Source: an uncultured delta proteobacterium (lineage in GTDB: Bacteria > Desulfobacterota > Desulfobacteria > Desulfobacterales > JAHEIW01). Taken from it: 64,000 bases of DNA. Location of the stretch: NCBI GenBank assembly GCA_963706575.1, contig CAVPNL010000009.1, positions 24,083-88,082 on the forward strand, read 5' to 3'. The first letter of the stretch is position 1. Every line of letters starts with the position of its first letter. The notes beneath the pieces were generated by a model, which was not told where the DNA came from, searched no databases, and worked only from the letters and a program-made list of their open reading frames with translations. Shown in pieces: positions 36,987 through 50,300 of this stretch. Position numbers and translations under genes: made by a program.

Positions 36987-37321
36987 AAGCGAGGCAGGTG
37001 CAGTTCATCTATATGGTGCTTATTTTGCTTGACAAAGTGATGCACATACGGCGGAACCGCACTTTGGTTTAAATAGTTCTTAAAATCCGCATCGATTTTT
37101 TCTTTGGAAACGGTGGCAACCGGCCAGTCCTCGGCAGATTTGCAAAAGACATCATATTCGCTGTGCCCGGTTACACGCGAGATTTTGTAAAGATAAAATT
37201 CCATTGAGTCCTGGTGTTTGCGTATCTGTCGGTTGTTTAATTTATGCAGGCCCACAATTGCCAAACCCACCAGGATAGCGATACACACGTTGCCGATTCC
37301 ATTAACAAATTGATCAAACAT
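36983..37321 (-). CDS. Hypothetical small membrane protein
   Basis: The ATG at 37321 is preceded by AGGAG. One TM helix (GNVCIAILVGLAIVGL). The ORF is convergent with the A2M gene and overlaps it by 4 nt. Confidence 0.45.
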   Translation of the reverse strand: MFDQFVNGIGNVCIAILVGLAIVGLHKLNNRQIRKHQDSMEFYLYKISRVTGHSEYDVFCKSAEDWPVATVSKEKIDADFKNYLNQSAVPPYVHHFVKQNKHHIDELHLPRF

Positions 37322-37914
37322 GGTATTTACTCCTAAAACGCTCTCCTCCATAGTATATATCGGCACTTTCGCTCATACTCTTTAAATTTTTGACAGGCAT
37401 AATTCCGGTAGACAGCCGGATTATCGATTACAGGACGGGCGGCAGCGAAAATCTCAAAATTAAACAGTAATCACTAAATTAAGAATGGCGTTTTTTTGTG
37501 AATAATTGCGGATTTTCAGGATGGAAAAATCACAGGTTGGCAGGATTAGATAAAGGTCTAAAAAGAGCGGACGCCCATATTTTTTAGGCTGTTTAAACAA
37601 CAGCATAATCGTATGCGCGTATGGGCGTTTGTTAGGGGGGGGGTTGCATCGTTTTTGAAAAGGAGGGAGATAAACTTTCCACAATAAGGTGACAAAAGCA
37701 GAAATATAAAAGAACCCAAAATAAAATACAAGGCGTCGGCTTCCAATTATAACCTTTCCTCTAACAGGAAAGTTTATCCCCCTGTCAACATGCCGCCTCG
37801 CACCTTAATAACCTGCTTTTAAGAGAAAATTCGCTTTGCTAAAATAAAATGCAGGCCAGCATGATATGACATTGTCTAACAGAAAAAAAGGTCCGATACA
37901 ATAAAAATATTATG

Positions 37915-37964
37915 GTATTTTCCAATATTTACAATATTTTACAGCATTTTACAGCATTTTACAG
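37915..37964 (+). repeat. Phased tandem array of ATTTTACA-type decamers (about 5 units)
   Basis: gtattttccaa-tatttacaa-tattttacagc-attttacagc-attttacag, with a 9-11 nt period. Confidence 0.7.
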
Positions 37965-38022
37965 TTGCGGGGTGAAAAACTGCAAAAAAAAGAAAACTTG
38001 TCAATAACAGAAAAATCACAAA

Positions 38023-38058
38023 GGGACATCCGGCATGGATGCCCCTTTTGGGTTTTTT
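38023..38058 (+). terminator. Intrinsic terminator-like hairpin inside the large intergenic region
   Basis: gggacatcc / ggatgcccc stem (one mismatch), loop ggcat, followed by ttttgggtttttt. Confidence 0.55.
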
Positions 38059-38175
38059 GTTGTCGGGCAATCTCAGCGCAAGGCGATTGCTATCGATTTA
38101 GATTGCCTGAACCATTAAATAATAGCAGATCAAAATCTTTTGCAACAGACTGATAAATTCAGTTCAATTTTGACT

Positions 38176-38216
38176 GTATTTTACAACATTTTACTCGATT
38201 TTACAGTATTTTACAC
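38176..38216 (+). repeat. Second phased array of ATTTTACA-type decamers (4 units, same orientation as the first)
   Basis: gtattttacaac-attttactcg-attttacag-tattttacac. Confidence 0.7.
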
Positions 38217-38388
38217 TTGTTAAGAGATTTTTAAAAAAATGCTTTTCTTCACCTCATTTATCATTTAAAGCTTAAATATCCCACCCAGGCCAAAAATATT
38301 TAAAGAAAAACCGATGATTTGCCGATACTAGTAGAGAATTAAAAGCCAAGAGAATTTTTCGATATTCGAAAAACATCAGGTGGTATTT

Positions 38389-38670
38389 ATGATAAATGAT
38401 CACATCGTGCAGCGCAGAAGCGGCGAGGATCGCCGCAAAAAATCCGACCGGCGCAGCGGGTTTGACCGGCGCAACGGGGTCTATCCCAATGGATTCGATG
38501 AAAACGGCCAGGAGATCGTTTATACCACCAAAGAGGCCTGTGAATACCTAAAGATTTCGCGGCCCACCTACCTTAAATACATTGCCGAAGGCCGCATCAA
38601 AGCCATCAAAGTCGGCCGCGGCTGGCGCACCCTGAAAACCGAGCTGGATCGGTTTTTAAGGGGAGATTAA
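38389..38670 (+). CDS. Excisionase-family (MerR-superfamily HTH_17) DNA-binding protein with an Arg-rich N-terminal repeat
   Basis: C-terminal YTTKEACEYLKISRPTYLKYIAEGRIKAIKVGRGWR is a typical Xis-type HTH. The N-terminus RRSGEDRRKKSDRRSGFDRRNG repeats an xDRR unit. Confidence 0.7.
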   Translation: MINDHIVQRRSGEDRRKKSDRRSGFDRRNGVYPNGFDENGQEIVYTTKEACEYLKISRPTYLKYIAEGRIKAIKVGRGWRTLKTELDRFLRGD

Positions 38671-38697
38671 ACCACTAGTCCTTTGTTCCTTTGTTCC

Positions 38698-39102
38698 TTA
38701 TTTCATAAAGCCGCTACCGCCTGAAATATCACTTTCCTGTACCTTTCTGACGATACCGTTTTTTTCAAAATAAACATACAGGTTACAATTTTTTTTATCT
38801 ATTTGGACCAGACCCGAACCGCCCTTGTCTCTGCTTTCTGTCTTAAAACCAGACCCGGTGGGCATTGTGACTTGATAGGAATACTTCCATAATTCGCCCT
38901 GCTTTAAAGCTCCTTCGACCTTGTCGGGTTCGCCGATGAGTTGTTTGACATCTTCTTTGGTTGACTCCCCCTTTTTAATCTGGCCAATAATCTCTGGATC
39001 ACATACATCGGCGTTACCTCGGCTTGAGCCACTAAAACCGGGCAAAGCGATTGCGATTATAAACAGAAAAACTGTCAGGCTGGTTGTATATTTAAAATTC
39101 AT
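38698..39102 (-). CDS. Secreted small protein, SmpA/OmlA (BamE)-like
   Basis: Signal peptide, then IKKGESTKEDVKQLIGEPD and ...LYVYFEKNGIVRKV, which resemble the BamE-like fold signature. Confidence 0.45.
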   Translation of the reverse strand: MNFKYTTSLTVFLFIIAIALPGFSGSSRGNADVCDPEIIGQIKKGESTKEDVKQLIGEPDKVEGALKQGELWKYSYQVTMPTGSGFKTESRDKGGSGLVQIDKKNCNLYVYFEKNGIVRKVQESDISGGSGFMK

Positions 39103-39287
39103 AGTTTATCCTCCTTCCGAATGAATGGTGAAGTGTGCATATACTGAGGCGATCCTTTTTCTATTTCAAAACATAATCTCATAAGTTTGATTGACAACCC
39201 CTACGCCGAAAACGGCGCTAACAGGCTTCATTAAAATACTTGACTTTTCGAGCGATACCCGTGACATAGAACCAACCGGAGATTAAA

Positions 39288-40196
39288 ATGAAAAAAATAA
39301 AACTGCCGACCATGGATTGCAAACAGGTCTGCGGGGAAATCTGTGATTTTGTCATCAAAGCGGTGTTGGAGACCGCTTCCAGCGGGTGCGTCATCGGATT
39401 ATCGGGTGGCGTGGATTCAAGCACGGCAGCAGCGTTGATCAAAACAGGCTTTGATCACTATAATGCCGGACTTGTAAAGGGGGATCAGGCGTTTGAGCTG
39501 GTCGGCTATATTTTACCTTCGCGTTTCAACCCGACCCAAGACGAAGTCGACGCCGAAGCTGTCGCTGGATATCTGGGCATCCGCTACGAAATCCATCATA
39601 TTGAAAACCTGGTGGAATCTTTCCAATTAACCAATCCAGAGGCGCTTGAAAGCAAATTCCATAAAGGCAATATGATTTCCAGAATCCGGGCCAACGTCCT
39701 GTCAACCAAAGCAGCGACGGAGAATAAAATTTTAGCGGGCACCGGCAACCGGGATGAAGATTTCGGTATCGGTTATTATACCCTTTTCGGGGACGGAGCC
39801 GTACATCTCAGCCCCATCGCCGGTTTGCCCAAGCGGCTCGTGCGTGAAATGGCCGCCTTTTTGGGTCTGGATAAAAAAATCATCCACCGCGAACCAACTG
39901 CCGGATTGGAACCGGACCAGAGCGACTTTAAAGACCTGGGATATGATTATGATGTGGTTGAAATCATCACTGAGAGCCTTAATCAGGGATTTTCCAGAGG
40001 TGAACTGGCAAAACACGCCCAAATCATCCCGCTGATCGAACAACAAATCAAGCAATATAAATCCACTTACGGGGATGAAAAATTCCAATCAGTGGAAGCT
40101 GTAGTGGCCGATGTACTTAAACGCCATCAACTGGCCAAAGGAAAAATGAAAATTATCCATCCGCCCACCCCTCAAATTACCCTGACATACGAATAA
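39288..40196 (+). CDS. nadE: NAD+ synthase (ammonia-dependent type)
   Basis: PP-loop GLSGGVDSS, GTGNRDE and PIAGLPKRLV motifs. Confidence 0.85.
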   Translation: MKKIKLPTMDCKQVCGEICDFVIKAVLETASSGCVIGLSGGVDSSTAAALIKTGFDHYNAGLVKGDQAFELVGYILPSRFNPTQDEVDAEAVAGYLGIRYEIHHIENLVESFQLTNPEALESKFHKGNMISRIRANVLSTKAATENKILAGTGNRDEDFGIGYYTLFGDGAVHLSPIAGLPKRLVREMAAFLGLDKKIIHREPTAGLEPDQSDFKDLGYDYDVVEIITESLNQGFSRGELAKHAQIIPLIEQQIKQYKSTYGDEKFQSVEAVVADVLKRHQLAKGKMKIIHPPTPQITLTYE

Positions 40197-40271
40197 AATT
40201 CCCCCACCAAAAAACAATAACGAGGACCCGTCGTCCTCGTTATCTAACGCGATATAGTCCGCCAAAAAACA

Positions 40272-40481
40272 TCAAACGGGTTTTTCAATCACAAATCGGG
40301 GGGCAACTTGATCAAAAAAATGATACCCGGACCCCCCGGCGGCCAGGACATCCAGTAATTCATCCGGTTTTTTAACCCGGACACCCCCCACCACACGAAC
40401 GCCACGCGCAAACAGGGCATCGGGCAGCAGGCTGGCTGTCGGTCCAATTACCGCATTTGAGTGTTTCAAATTTATTGCCAT
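40272..40481 (-). pseudogene. C-terminal remnant of a DUF364-type (Rossmann-like) protein
   Basis: The 69-aa ORF (…VIGPTASLLPDALFARGVRVVGGVRVKKPDELLDVLAAGGSG…) looks like only the last third of a DUF364 protein. No upstream continuation is present. Confidence 0.35.
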
Positions 40482-40656
40482 TAAGAAAATTAAAAAAAGC
40501 TAAAGTTTATTGAATAATGGCGGATAATAATTTTGGGGAAACTCCGGCCGAATTTGGGCAAGATCAACCCTGAAAGGCCATTGTTTACCCTCTGGGAAAA
40601 CGATCGCTTTTTTTCTTTTCATCCCGCTAATCTTTTTCAAGCCTGGGGGGGCTTTG

Positions 40657-41022
40657 ATGGGCAAATATTTTTACCGACTCACATTAATTTTGTTTCTGGT
40701 GGGTTTCACCGGTCTGATTGTTGGTTGCAATACGATCCCGGTGCCGAAAGAAAAAAGAGCATATGTTGGAACATGGGAAGGTGTCGGATTTCACTTAACC
40801 ATCCATGAAGACGGCGGAATTGATTATAGACGCGTCAAGGGAAAATCTACAACCACCGTAACCGGTCCCCTGAAAAGTTTTATTGGAGATGATTTTGTGG
40901 TCGGTGTGCTGTTTGTCACCACAACTTTTGAAGTCCAGCACCCGCCATACCTGGATGGTGACGACTGGTTCATGGTGATAGACGGGGTTGAATTGAAAAA
41001 GGTTGCCGGACCTGTCACCTGA
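40657..41022 (+). CDS. Hypothetical lipoprotein
   Basis: Signal peptide with lipobox LIVGC. No recognisable domain. Confidence 0.55.
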   Translation: MGKYFYRLTLILFLVGFTGLIVGCNTIPVPKEKRAYVGTWEGVGFHLTIHEDGGIDYRRVKGKSTTTVTGPLKSFIGDDFVVGVLFVTTTFEVQHPPYLDGDDWFMVIDGVELKKVAGPVT

Positions 41023-41224
41023 GCATTGATCGGATTGTCATCTGCGAATCAAACGCCCTTTATTGCAGCCACGGATATCTCAATTCCGTAATTCACAACA
41101 TTATAATTAACGGGCAAACTGGACAAGGCGGTAACGGGCCCAACGGGTTAAACTTTTCTTAATCAGCTTTCCCAGTACGCCCACAGTTGCTGCAATCGCC
41201 GCTTCGCCAGACTGCGAGTAGGAG

Positions 41225-42016
41225 TTAAGTTCTTAAACATCGCAGCTTGGCCAGGTCTTCCGCATAGCCGTATAGGTGCAGTCCTTTGCTTTCGACAATC
41301 ATTTGACCGTCTTCGACGGCAATTTCTCCCGCCATGTATTCCTTTAGATTTTGAATGGCAGCCAGGTTGGCCGGAAACCCGTTCCACAAATCCCAGGACC
41401 TGAAATAAACAAAAAAATTAAGGGTATTATCCTGGATGCGGGTATCAATCGACCGCAGGCAGGGCGGATCCAGCAAGGTGAGATCAGAAGGATGCGCGAT
41501 TTGAAGTACCAATTGGTTGTTACGCTCGCCGAATTTTTTGTAAGTGTCAATCACCCACTCGATCTGGTTTAAATACAGCTGGCCGTCTTCTTCAAAAACA
41601 ACCGTTCCGTCGACTTCACGCTTATCGATAATTTCAGTATTGTCCGTTTGCCACCAATCGAGTTTATCGCCGGACAGCGGAACCTTTGTCAATCGTTCAC
41701 CATACGTATACGATTCACCGGGTTCCTTGCGTGCCGACATTAAGTATTCGATATAGGCGCGGTCATAGCCGGGCCCGCCGTAAATATAATCGTGTTCCAC
41801 CGGATTGGGAATGCCGCATGCCGGCGGAATGTCCGGAATCAGCGGATCGGTGCCGGGATGTTTTACATGACCCGTAAAATAATCATACTCCAATCGAGTT
41901 TGCCCCTCGTAGGATCCGCGATCAATAACAAAGCGCCGGCCGTGATCAAGGATATCATGAACCGCCTGAAACCATAAATCCGGTAAATCTCTTGCGTAAA
42001 TGTTATGAATGTCCAT
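41225..42016 (-). CDS. Divergent thymidylate synthase (ThyA-fold) family protein
   Basis: The active-site-like segment LDPPCLRSIDTRIQDNTLNFFVYFRSWDLWNGFPANLAAIQNL parallels ThyA PCH...QRS.D...G.PFNIASY. The N-terminal half carries large insertions relative to bacterial ThyA. Confidence 0.6.
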   Translation of the reverse strand: MDIHNIYARDLPDLWFQAVHDILDHGRRFVIDRGSYEGQTRLEYDYFTGHVKHPGTDPLIPDIPPACGIPNPVEHDYIYGGPGYDRAYIEYLMSARKEPGESYTYGERLTKVPLSGDKLDWWQTDNTEIIDKREVDGTVVFEEDGQLYLNQIEWVIDTYKKFGERNNQLVLQIAHPSDLTLLDPPCLRSIDTRIQDNTLNFFVYFRSWDLWNGFPANLAAIQNLKEYMAGEIAVEDGQMIVESKGLHLYGYAEDLAKLRCLRT

Positions 42017-42029
42017 TATTAATTATTCC

Positions 42030-42126
42030 CCACCACAGAGTGCACAGAGCCCACGGAGATATTTTTTTTATCAAAAAATTTAAACTCTTTGGATTTTTCT
42101 CTGTGATCTCTGGGGTCTCTGTGGTT
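42030..42126. repeat. Word-stutter palindrome built from CACAGAG words
   Basis: ccaccacagagtgcacagagcccacggagat faces ttctctgtgatctctggggtctctgtggtt. Confidence 0.7.
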
Positions 42127-42134
42127 AAAAAAAA

Positions 42135-45706
<3,572 letters not shown>

Positions 45707-45996
45707 ATCCTATTCCTTAATATTATATATAATAAAAAGATAATAATAAATAAGGGCTGTTCATAAAACCAATAACTCTGTAAAATTCTTAAATCATATA
45801 TAAATAGTTAAAAAAAAATGATCAAAAGATAACCGTTTCAATGGTGATAAGTGGGTAGATATCTACAGTAAAAATTAAATGTTGATAACATTGAATTTAT
45901 AAACACTGTATTAATAAAGTGTTGTTGAAAAAGAATATCCGGCTTATCTTTAATTTAAATATTTTATTTTAAATAGTTATAAAAAATAACACCCGT
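45707..45996. other. Strongly AT-rich intergenic region upstream of dnaN (candidate replication-origin/DUE or promoter region)
   Basis: Visibly AT-rich runs. Only degenerate DnaA-box-like 9-mers are present (tgttgataa at 45878-45886, tgttgaaaa near 45921). No perfect TTATCCACA was seen. Confidence 0.3.
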
Positions 45997-46527
45997 TTAG
46001 GATTTCGCATTGAGCCATTTTTTTATCAAGTATATTTCATGGCTTTGCCAGCGGTTCGATGTTCTTAATTTAATAAAGGTTTTATATAATTTTTCTAAAA
46101 ATTGCAAGATCTTATCATAAAGAAAGATTTTTTCTAAAACGCTTGCTTCCACGTCATCCGGGTTCTCGGGTGGTGCGATTTTCGGTGTTTTTAAACTGCT
46201 CAGATTTAAACTTTCACCCTTTAAAGTGAACTGCCATTTTTGCTGGGAAGATCGGTAAACCAGATTGAGTTCCGCCACCAGGGCACCATTTTGTAAGGCC
46301 ACCTTGGCTTCCTCAAGGCCGGCATCTTCACCTTTGATCGTAATTCGCTCAAACGCTTTTTTATGTTTTTTTTCAAGGACAACCCGGTTGCCGATTTCAA
46401 ATGAAGTTAAATCCGGATCTGCATTTCTCAAGATAGACGGGTCCTGTTCTATGACAAACCACAACCAGGTTAAAAACTCATCACCTAAAAATTTAAATCG
46501 GTTATAGGCTACCGCAATATCTAACAT
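45997..46527 (-). CDS. RdgC-like protein, C-terminal-half equivalent
   Basis: [12 protein letters not shown]..., [30 protein letters not shown]...[17 protein letters not shown] parallels the C-terminal third of E. coli RdgC (LTEWV..., [30 protein letters not shown]...IQFVMCDDGSLKRLKF). Confidence 0.5.
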   Translation of the reverse strand: [176 protein letters not shown]

Positions 46528-46539
46528 TTAATTCTTCGC

Positions 46540-47154
46540 TTATTCCGCAAAATTTGTCGGAGAAAGTTTAAGGAGGAGATCTTTTTCAGTATCCGTCAAA
46601 CCTGAATCCAAATGGGCAGCGGTATAGGGAATCACCCGAATCAGACTTAAGTCGAACGATCTTAAAAACAATGTTTCCAATTCTTCATTTGGCCCCTTGA
46701 GGTTGGAAAAAAACCACAAAACCGAATCCTCATAATTCCAGATGATGTCATATACATTTGGGGTTGCCGGAACCTTTAGGTTTAACCGATCGATCACAAG
46801 ATCTTTTATGGTCTGCTTTTCGTTGCGGGACAGATATTGTCTACCGCTGTCAGCCAGGCGCTGGGCTGATTCGATCATAAAATGTTTTTTGATCACTTTG
46901 GACGGTATGGTTTTTTTATCAATTCGCAGGGCAAAAACCAGATAGGTCCCATAAGCATAAGTCGACCCGCCAAAATCAGGCTGGTACGGCTTTTCAAAAG
47001 ATGTCCAGCCAACCGCTTTTTCTGAAGCGTGATCATCTATTTCAGAAATCACATTTTTTTTAAGCCCGGCGGCAACCGTTTCAAGAACCGGCCTTTTAAG
47101 CCGGCCCTTAACCGTATAGCGTGTGATTGAATTTGAGGCAGACAACAAACCCAT
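46540..47154 (-). CDS. RdgC-like recombination-associated protein, N-terminal two-thirds equivalent
   Basis: GWTSFEKPY, LVFALRIDKKTIPSKVIKKHF and SRNEKQTIKDLVIDRL align by eye with RdgC segments [28 protein letters not shown] and KKTEKDSLKDEVLHSL. Confidence 0.55.
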   Translation of the reverse strand: MGLLSASNSITRYTVKGRLKRPVLETVAAGLKKNVISEIDDHASEKAVGWTSFEKPYQPDFGGSTYAYGTYLVFALRIDKKTIPSKVIKKHFMIESAQRLADSGRQYLSRNEKQTIKDLVIDRLNLKVPATPNVYDIIWNYEDSVLWFFSNLKGPNEELETLFLRSFDLSLIRVIPYTAAHLDSGLTDTEKDLLLKLSPTNFAE

Positions 47155-47324
47155 TGTTATGATGATTAACCTGTTTTGTATGAGAAATCCGTTTTGTTTA
47201 AAACTACTATATATAGTATATTATACAAATTAATATAAGTATATAGCGTGTTTATTAATATCTGACAAGCGAAATTTCCAAGAGACGATGTTGACTAAAT
47301 TGACCTGTTTCGGTAGGTGTGTTG

Positions 47325-50300
47325 ATGATGAAATTTATCGCTGACCTGCATGTTCATTCGAAATATTCAAGAGCCACCGCCAGGAACCTGGACCTTGAAA
47401 ACCTGTATATCGCCGCCCAGCTAAAAGGTGTTACCGTGGTGGGAACCGGCGATTTTACGTATCCGGCTTGGTCTGAAGAAATTTCGGAAAAACTGGTTGA
47501 GACCGAACCCGGGCTGTTTAAATTAAAAGCGGAATTGGCTCGGCAGTGCGACGCCCAGGTGCCGGAGTCCTGCCGAGGGCCGGTTCGCTTTATGCTGGTC
47601 ACTGAAATCAGCAACATTTACAAGAAAAACGGTCGAACCCGCAAGAATCACAATCTCGTTTTTGCACCGGACATAGAAGTGGCGCGCCAATTCAGCAACC
47701 GGCTGGATAAAATCGGCAATATTAAATCCGACGGCCGACCGATTCTGGGGTTGGATGCCCGCGACCTGCTCGAGACCTTGCTTGAAACCTCCCCAGATGC
47801 TTTTTTGATTCCGGCCCACATCTGGACTCCCTGGTTTTCAGTCTTGGGCTCCAAATCCGGGTTTGACTCCATTGAAGAATGCTTTGAAGATCTAACAGCC
47901 CATATTTTTGCGGTCGAAACCGGGCTCTCCTCGGACCCGGCCATGAATTGGCGGGTATCCTCACTGGACGGGTTTACCCTGGTGTCCAATTCGGATGCGC
48001 ATTCCCCTCTTAATCTGGGACGTGAAGCCAATTTATTCGATACCGAGCTTTCCTATCCGGCCATAAAATCAGCTCTGCAAACCGGCGACCCCGATCAATT
48101 TCTGGGGACTTTCGAGTTTTATCCCGAAGAGGGAAAATATCATATCGACGGACATCGGGCCTGCGACATTTCTTTCTGGCCAGCAACCACCCTAAAACAT
48201 GACGGAGTGTGCCCGGTATGTGGCAAGCCACTGACACTGGGCGTTTTATATCGTGTTGAAGAATTAGCCGACCGTAAAAAAGGCCAAAAACCGTCCCGCA
48301 GCGCCCCTTACTTCAGTATCATCCAGTTAAAGGATATCTTATCTGAAATATTTCGGGTGGGTCCCAATTCAAAAAGGGTCCAACAGGCCTATCAGGTTGT
48401 TTTGGATAGACTGGGTTCCGAATTCAACATTTTACAAAACCTGGATACCATTGCTATTGAACAGGCCGGCATTTCATTGCTTCCGGAAGCCGTTGAACGC
48501 ATGCGCCGCCAGGAAATCAATGTTGTTCCCGGATATGACGGACAATACGGCCGGGTCCAAATTTTTAAAGACCATGAGCGTTCCAGGTTGATGGGGCAGC
48601 AATCACTTTTTAAGGTCTCCATATCGCAGCCCCCCGAACCTGAAAACGACATTGCCCGCGAAGTCGGTCACAGTTTGCCCCCAAAACCTCCCGATACCGG
48701 GAACGACAAATTAACTAAAAATAAAGCCAAAGAGTTGAAGGCCGGGCCGGATATCCTTTTCAACCAGCTAAATGACCGCCAGCACCGGGCAGTGGAACAT
48801 CCCGATGGGCGCCTGTTGATCGTTGCCGGACCCGGCACCGGTAAAACCCGCACACTGACGATGCGTATCGCCCATTTAATGATCCGAAAAGATGTCTCTC
48901 CCGACAATATTCTGGCAGTGACCTTTACCCGTAAAGCCGCCCGGGAAATGCAGCAACGGCTGCGCGCGATTTTAGGCGATGCCCGCAAACGCCCGCTGGT
49001 GGCTACGTTTCATTCTCTGTGCTTTAAAATATTAAACGATCTAAAAAAAGAGGGAATGCAAGCGATCGTTGACGAGGATGAACGCAAAATCTTGCTACGC
49101 GAGGCCATTAAACAGGCCAAGGACCACGGGATTGCGGTTTCTCAAAAACCACAAAAGCTGCTGGACCGGATCATTGCGGCCAAGCAGCAGATTTTGAGTC
49201 CGGATGACTTAACCCAACCGGAAAATGTCACGGTTGATGCCCGCATGCTGGCCGAGGTGTATCATAGCTACCAGAATCTGTTATCCATTCAAGGATTAAA
49301 CGATTATGAAGATTTGATTTTTAAAGTCGTGCGACTGCTGGAAACCGATTCGATGGTCTGCAAAAGATACCGCAATCAATTTCAGCATATTTTTGTCGAT
49401 GAATATCAGGATCTAAACTACGGTCAGTATCGCATTATCAAGGCACTGGCGCCCCCCAACGCGTCAAATCGGAATCTATGCGTCATCGGCGATCCGGACC
49501 AGGCCATTTACGGTTTCAGGGGATCCGATGTGCGTTACTTTACCCGCTTTGTCGATGATTATCCCGATACCGCTGTTATTCAACTGACCCGCAATTATCG
49601 ATCGACGGAAACCATTTTAGATGCGTCGTTTCAGGTGATCCAGGACCATCGGCTGCATGCCGCTGATGCCCGTACTTATTCTGAGAAAGCTGGTGTTAAA
49701 ACCATCCGCATTCTCGAGCTTGCCAGCCCAAAGGCCGAGGCCCAAGCTATTGTCAGGATCATTGCGCAATTGGTGGGCGGCACCGGCTATCATTCCATCG
49801 ATACCGGTCTGGTAGATGATGCCAATCTGGCTTCCGCCCGCAGCTATGTGGATTTTGCCGTGCTGGTTCGGACCCATCAGCAGATAAAGAGGATTGGCGA
49901 GGTGTTCGATCAGGCCGGCGTACCCTTTCAGATTGCCAGCCGGCAAAATTCCCTGAAAAGCTGGGGGCTGCCGGAACTGATTTCCATCTTAAAAGTCGTG
50001 CAAAGCTGCGGCAGTGACGTTGATTTGCACAACAGCCTGCAACTGTTTTCAGTCGGCATCAATAAAACGGCCGCCGAGCATTTTAAATCCTGGTGCTATT
50101 CCAAAAAGTTTTCACAGCAACAGGGTCTGATCAAAGCCAAACGTTTTCCAATTCCGGGCTTAAGCCGTGCCCAACAGCAAAAGCTCATTGATTTTGGCGA
50201 ACAGTTGACGGGTATCGAAAACAGGATCGGCGATATGACGGTTGCCGAACAGCTACGGTATCTGTCACAGATTCCACAGCTCAGCGCCATTGTGAATAGC

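Noticed and set aside
37635-37643. A G9 homopolymer (plus C7 at about 54686 and G7 at about 50926) as phase-variation switches
   Set aside because: The G9 and G7 tracts are intergenic and not positioned in a promoter spacer or coding start that I can define. The C7/G7 at 54686 may instead serve as an SD-like element. There is no evidence of length variation from a single sequence.
37664-37783. The inverted repeat GGGAGATAAACTTTCC / GGAAAGTTTATCCCCC, about 100 nt apart, as a structured RNA
   Set aside because: The intervening sequence is A-rich with no further pairing or known RNA motif that I can recognise. It is kept only as a note pending an Rfam scan or transcript data.
37965-38153. A 62-aa plus-strand ORF between the two decamer arrays
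   Set aside because: It reads straight through a strong terminator hairpin, has a TTG start without an RBS, and gives a Cys/Arg-rich odd composition. It is more likely non-coding.
37915-38216. The ATTTTACA repeat clusters considered as a CRISPR array
   Set aside because: The units are only 9-11 nt and directly abut one another, with no spacers. The two clusters are separated by unique sequence containing a terminator. No cas genes are in the window.
38389-38670. The excisionase-type HTH gene as a marker of a prophage or integrative element
   Set aside because: I found no integrase, recombinase, tRNA attachment site, flanking direct repeats or phage-like genes within several kb. Stand-alone HTH_17 regulators are common.
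45997-46527. Whether the gene upstream of dnaN could be a short or divergent dnaA
   Set aside because: It is 176 aa, with no Walker A/B or AAA+ motifs and no DnaA domain IV signature. It aligns better with the C-terminal part of RdgC.
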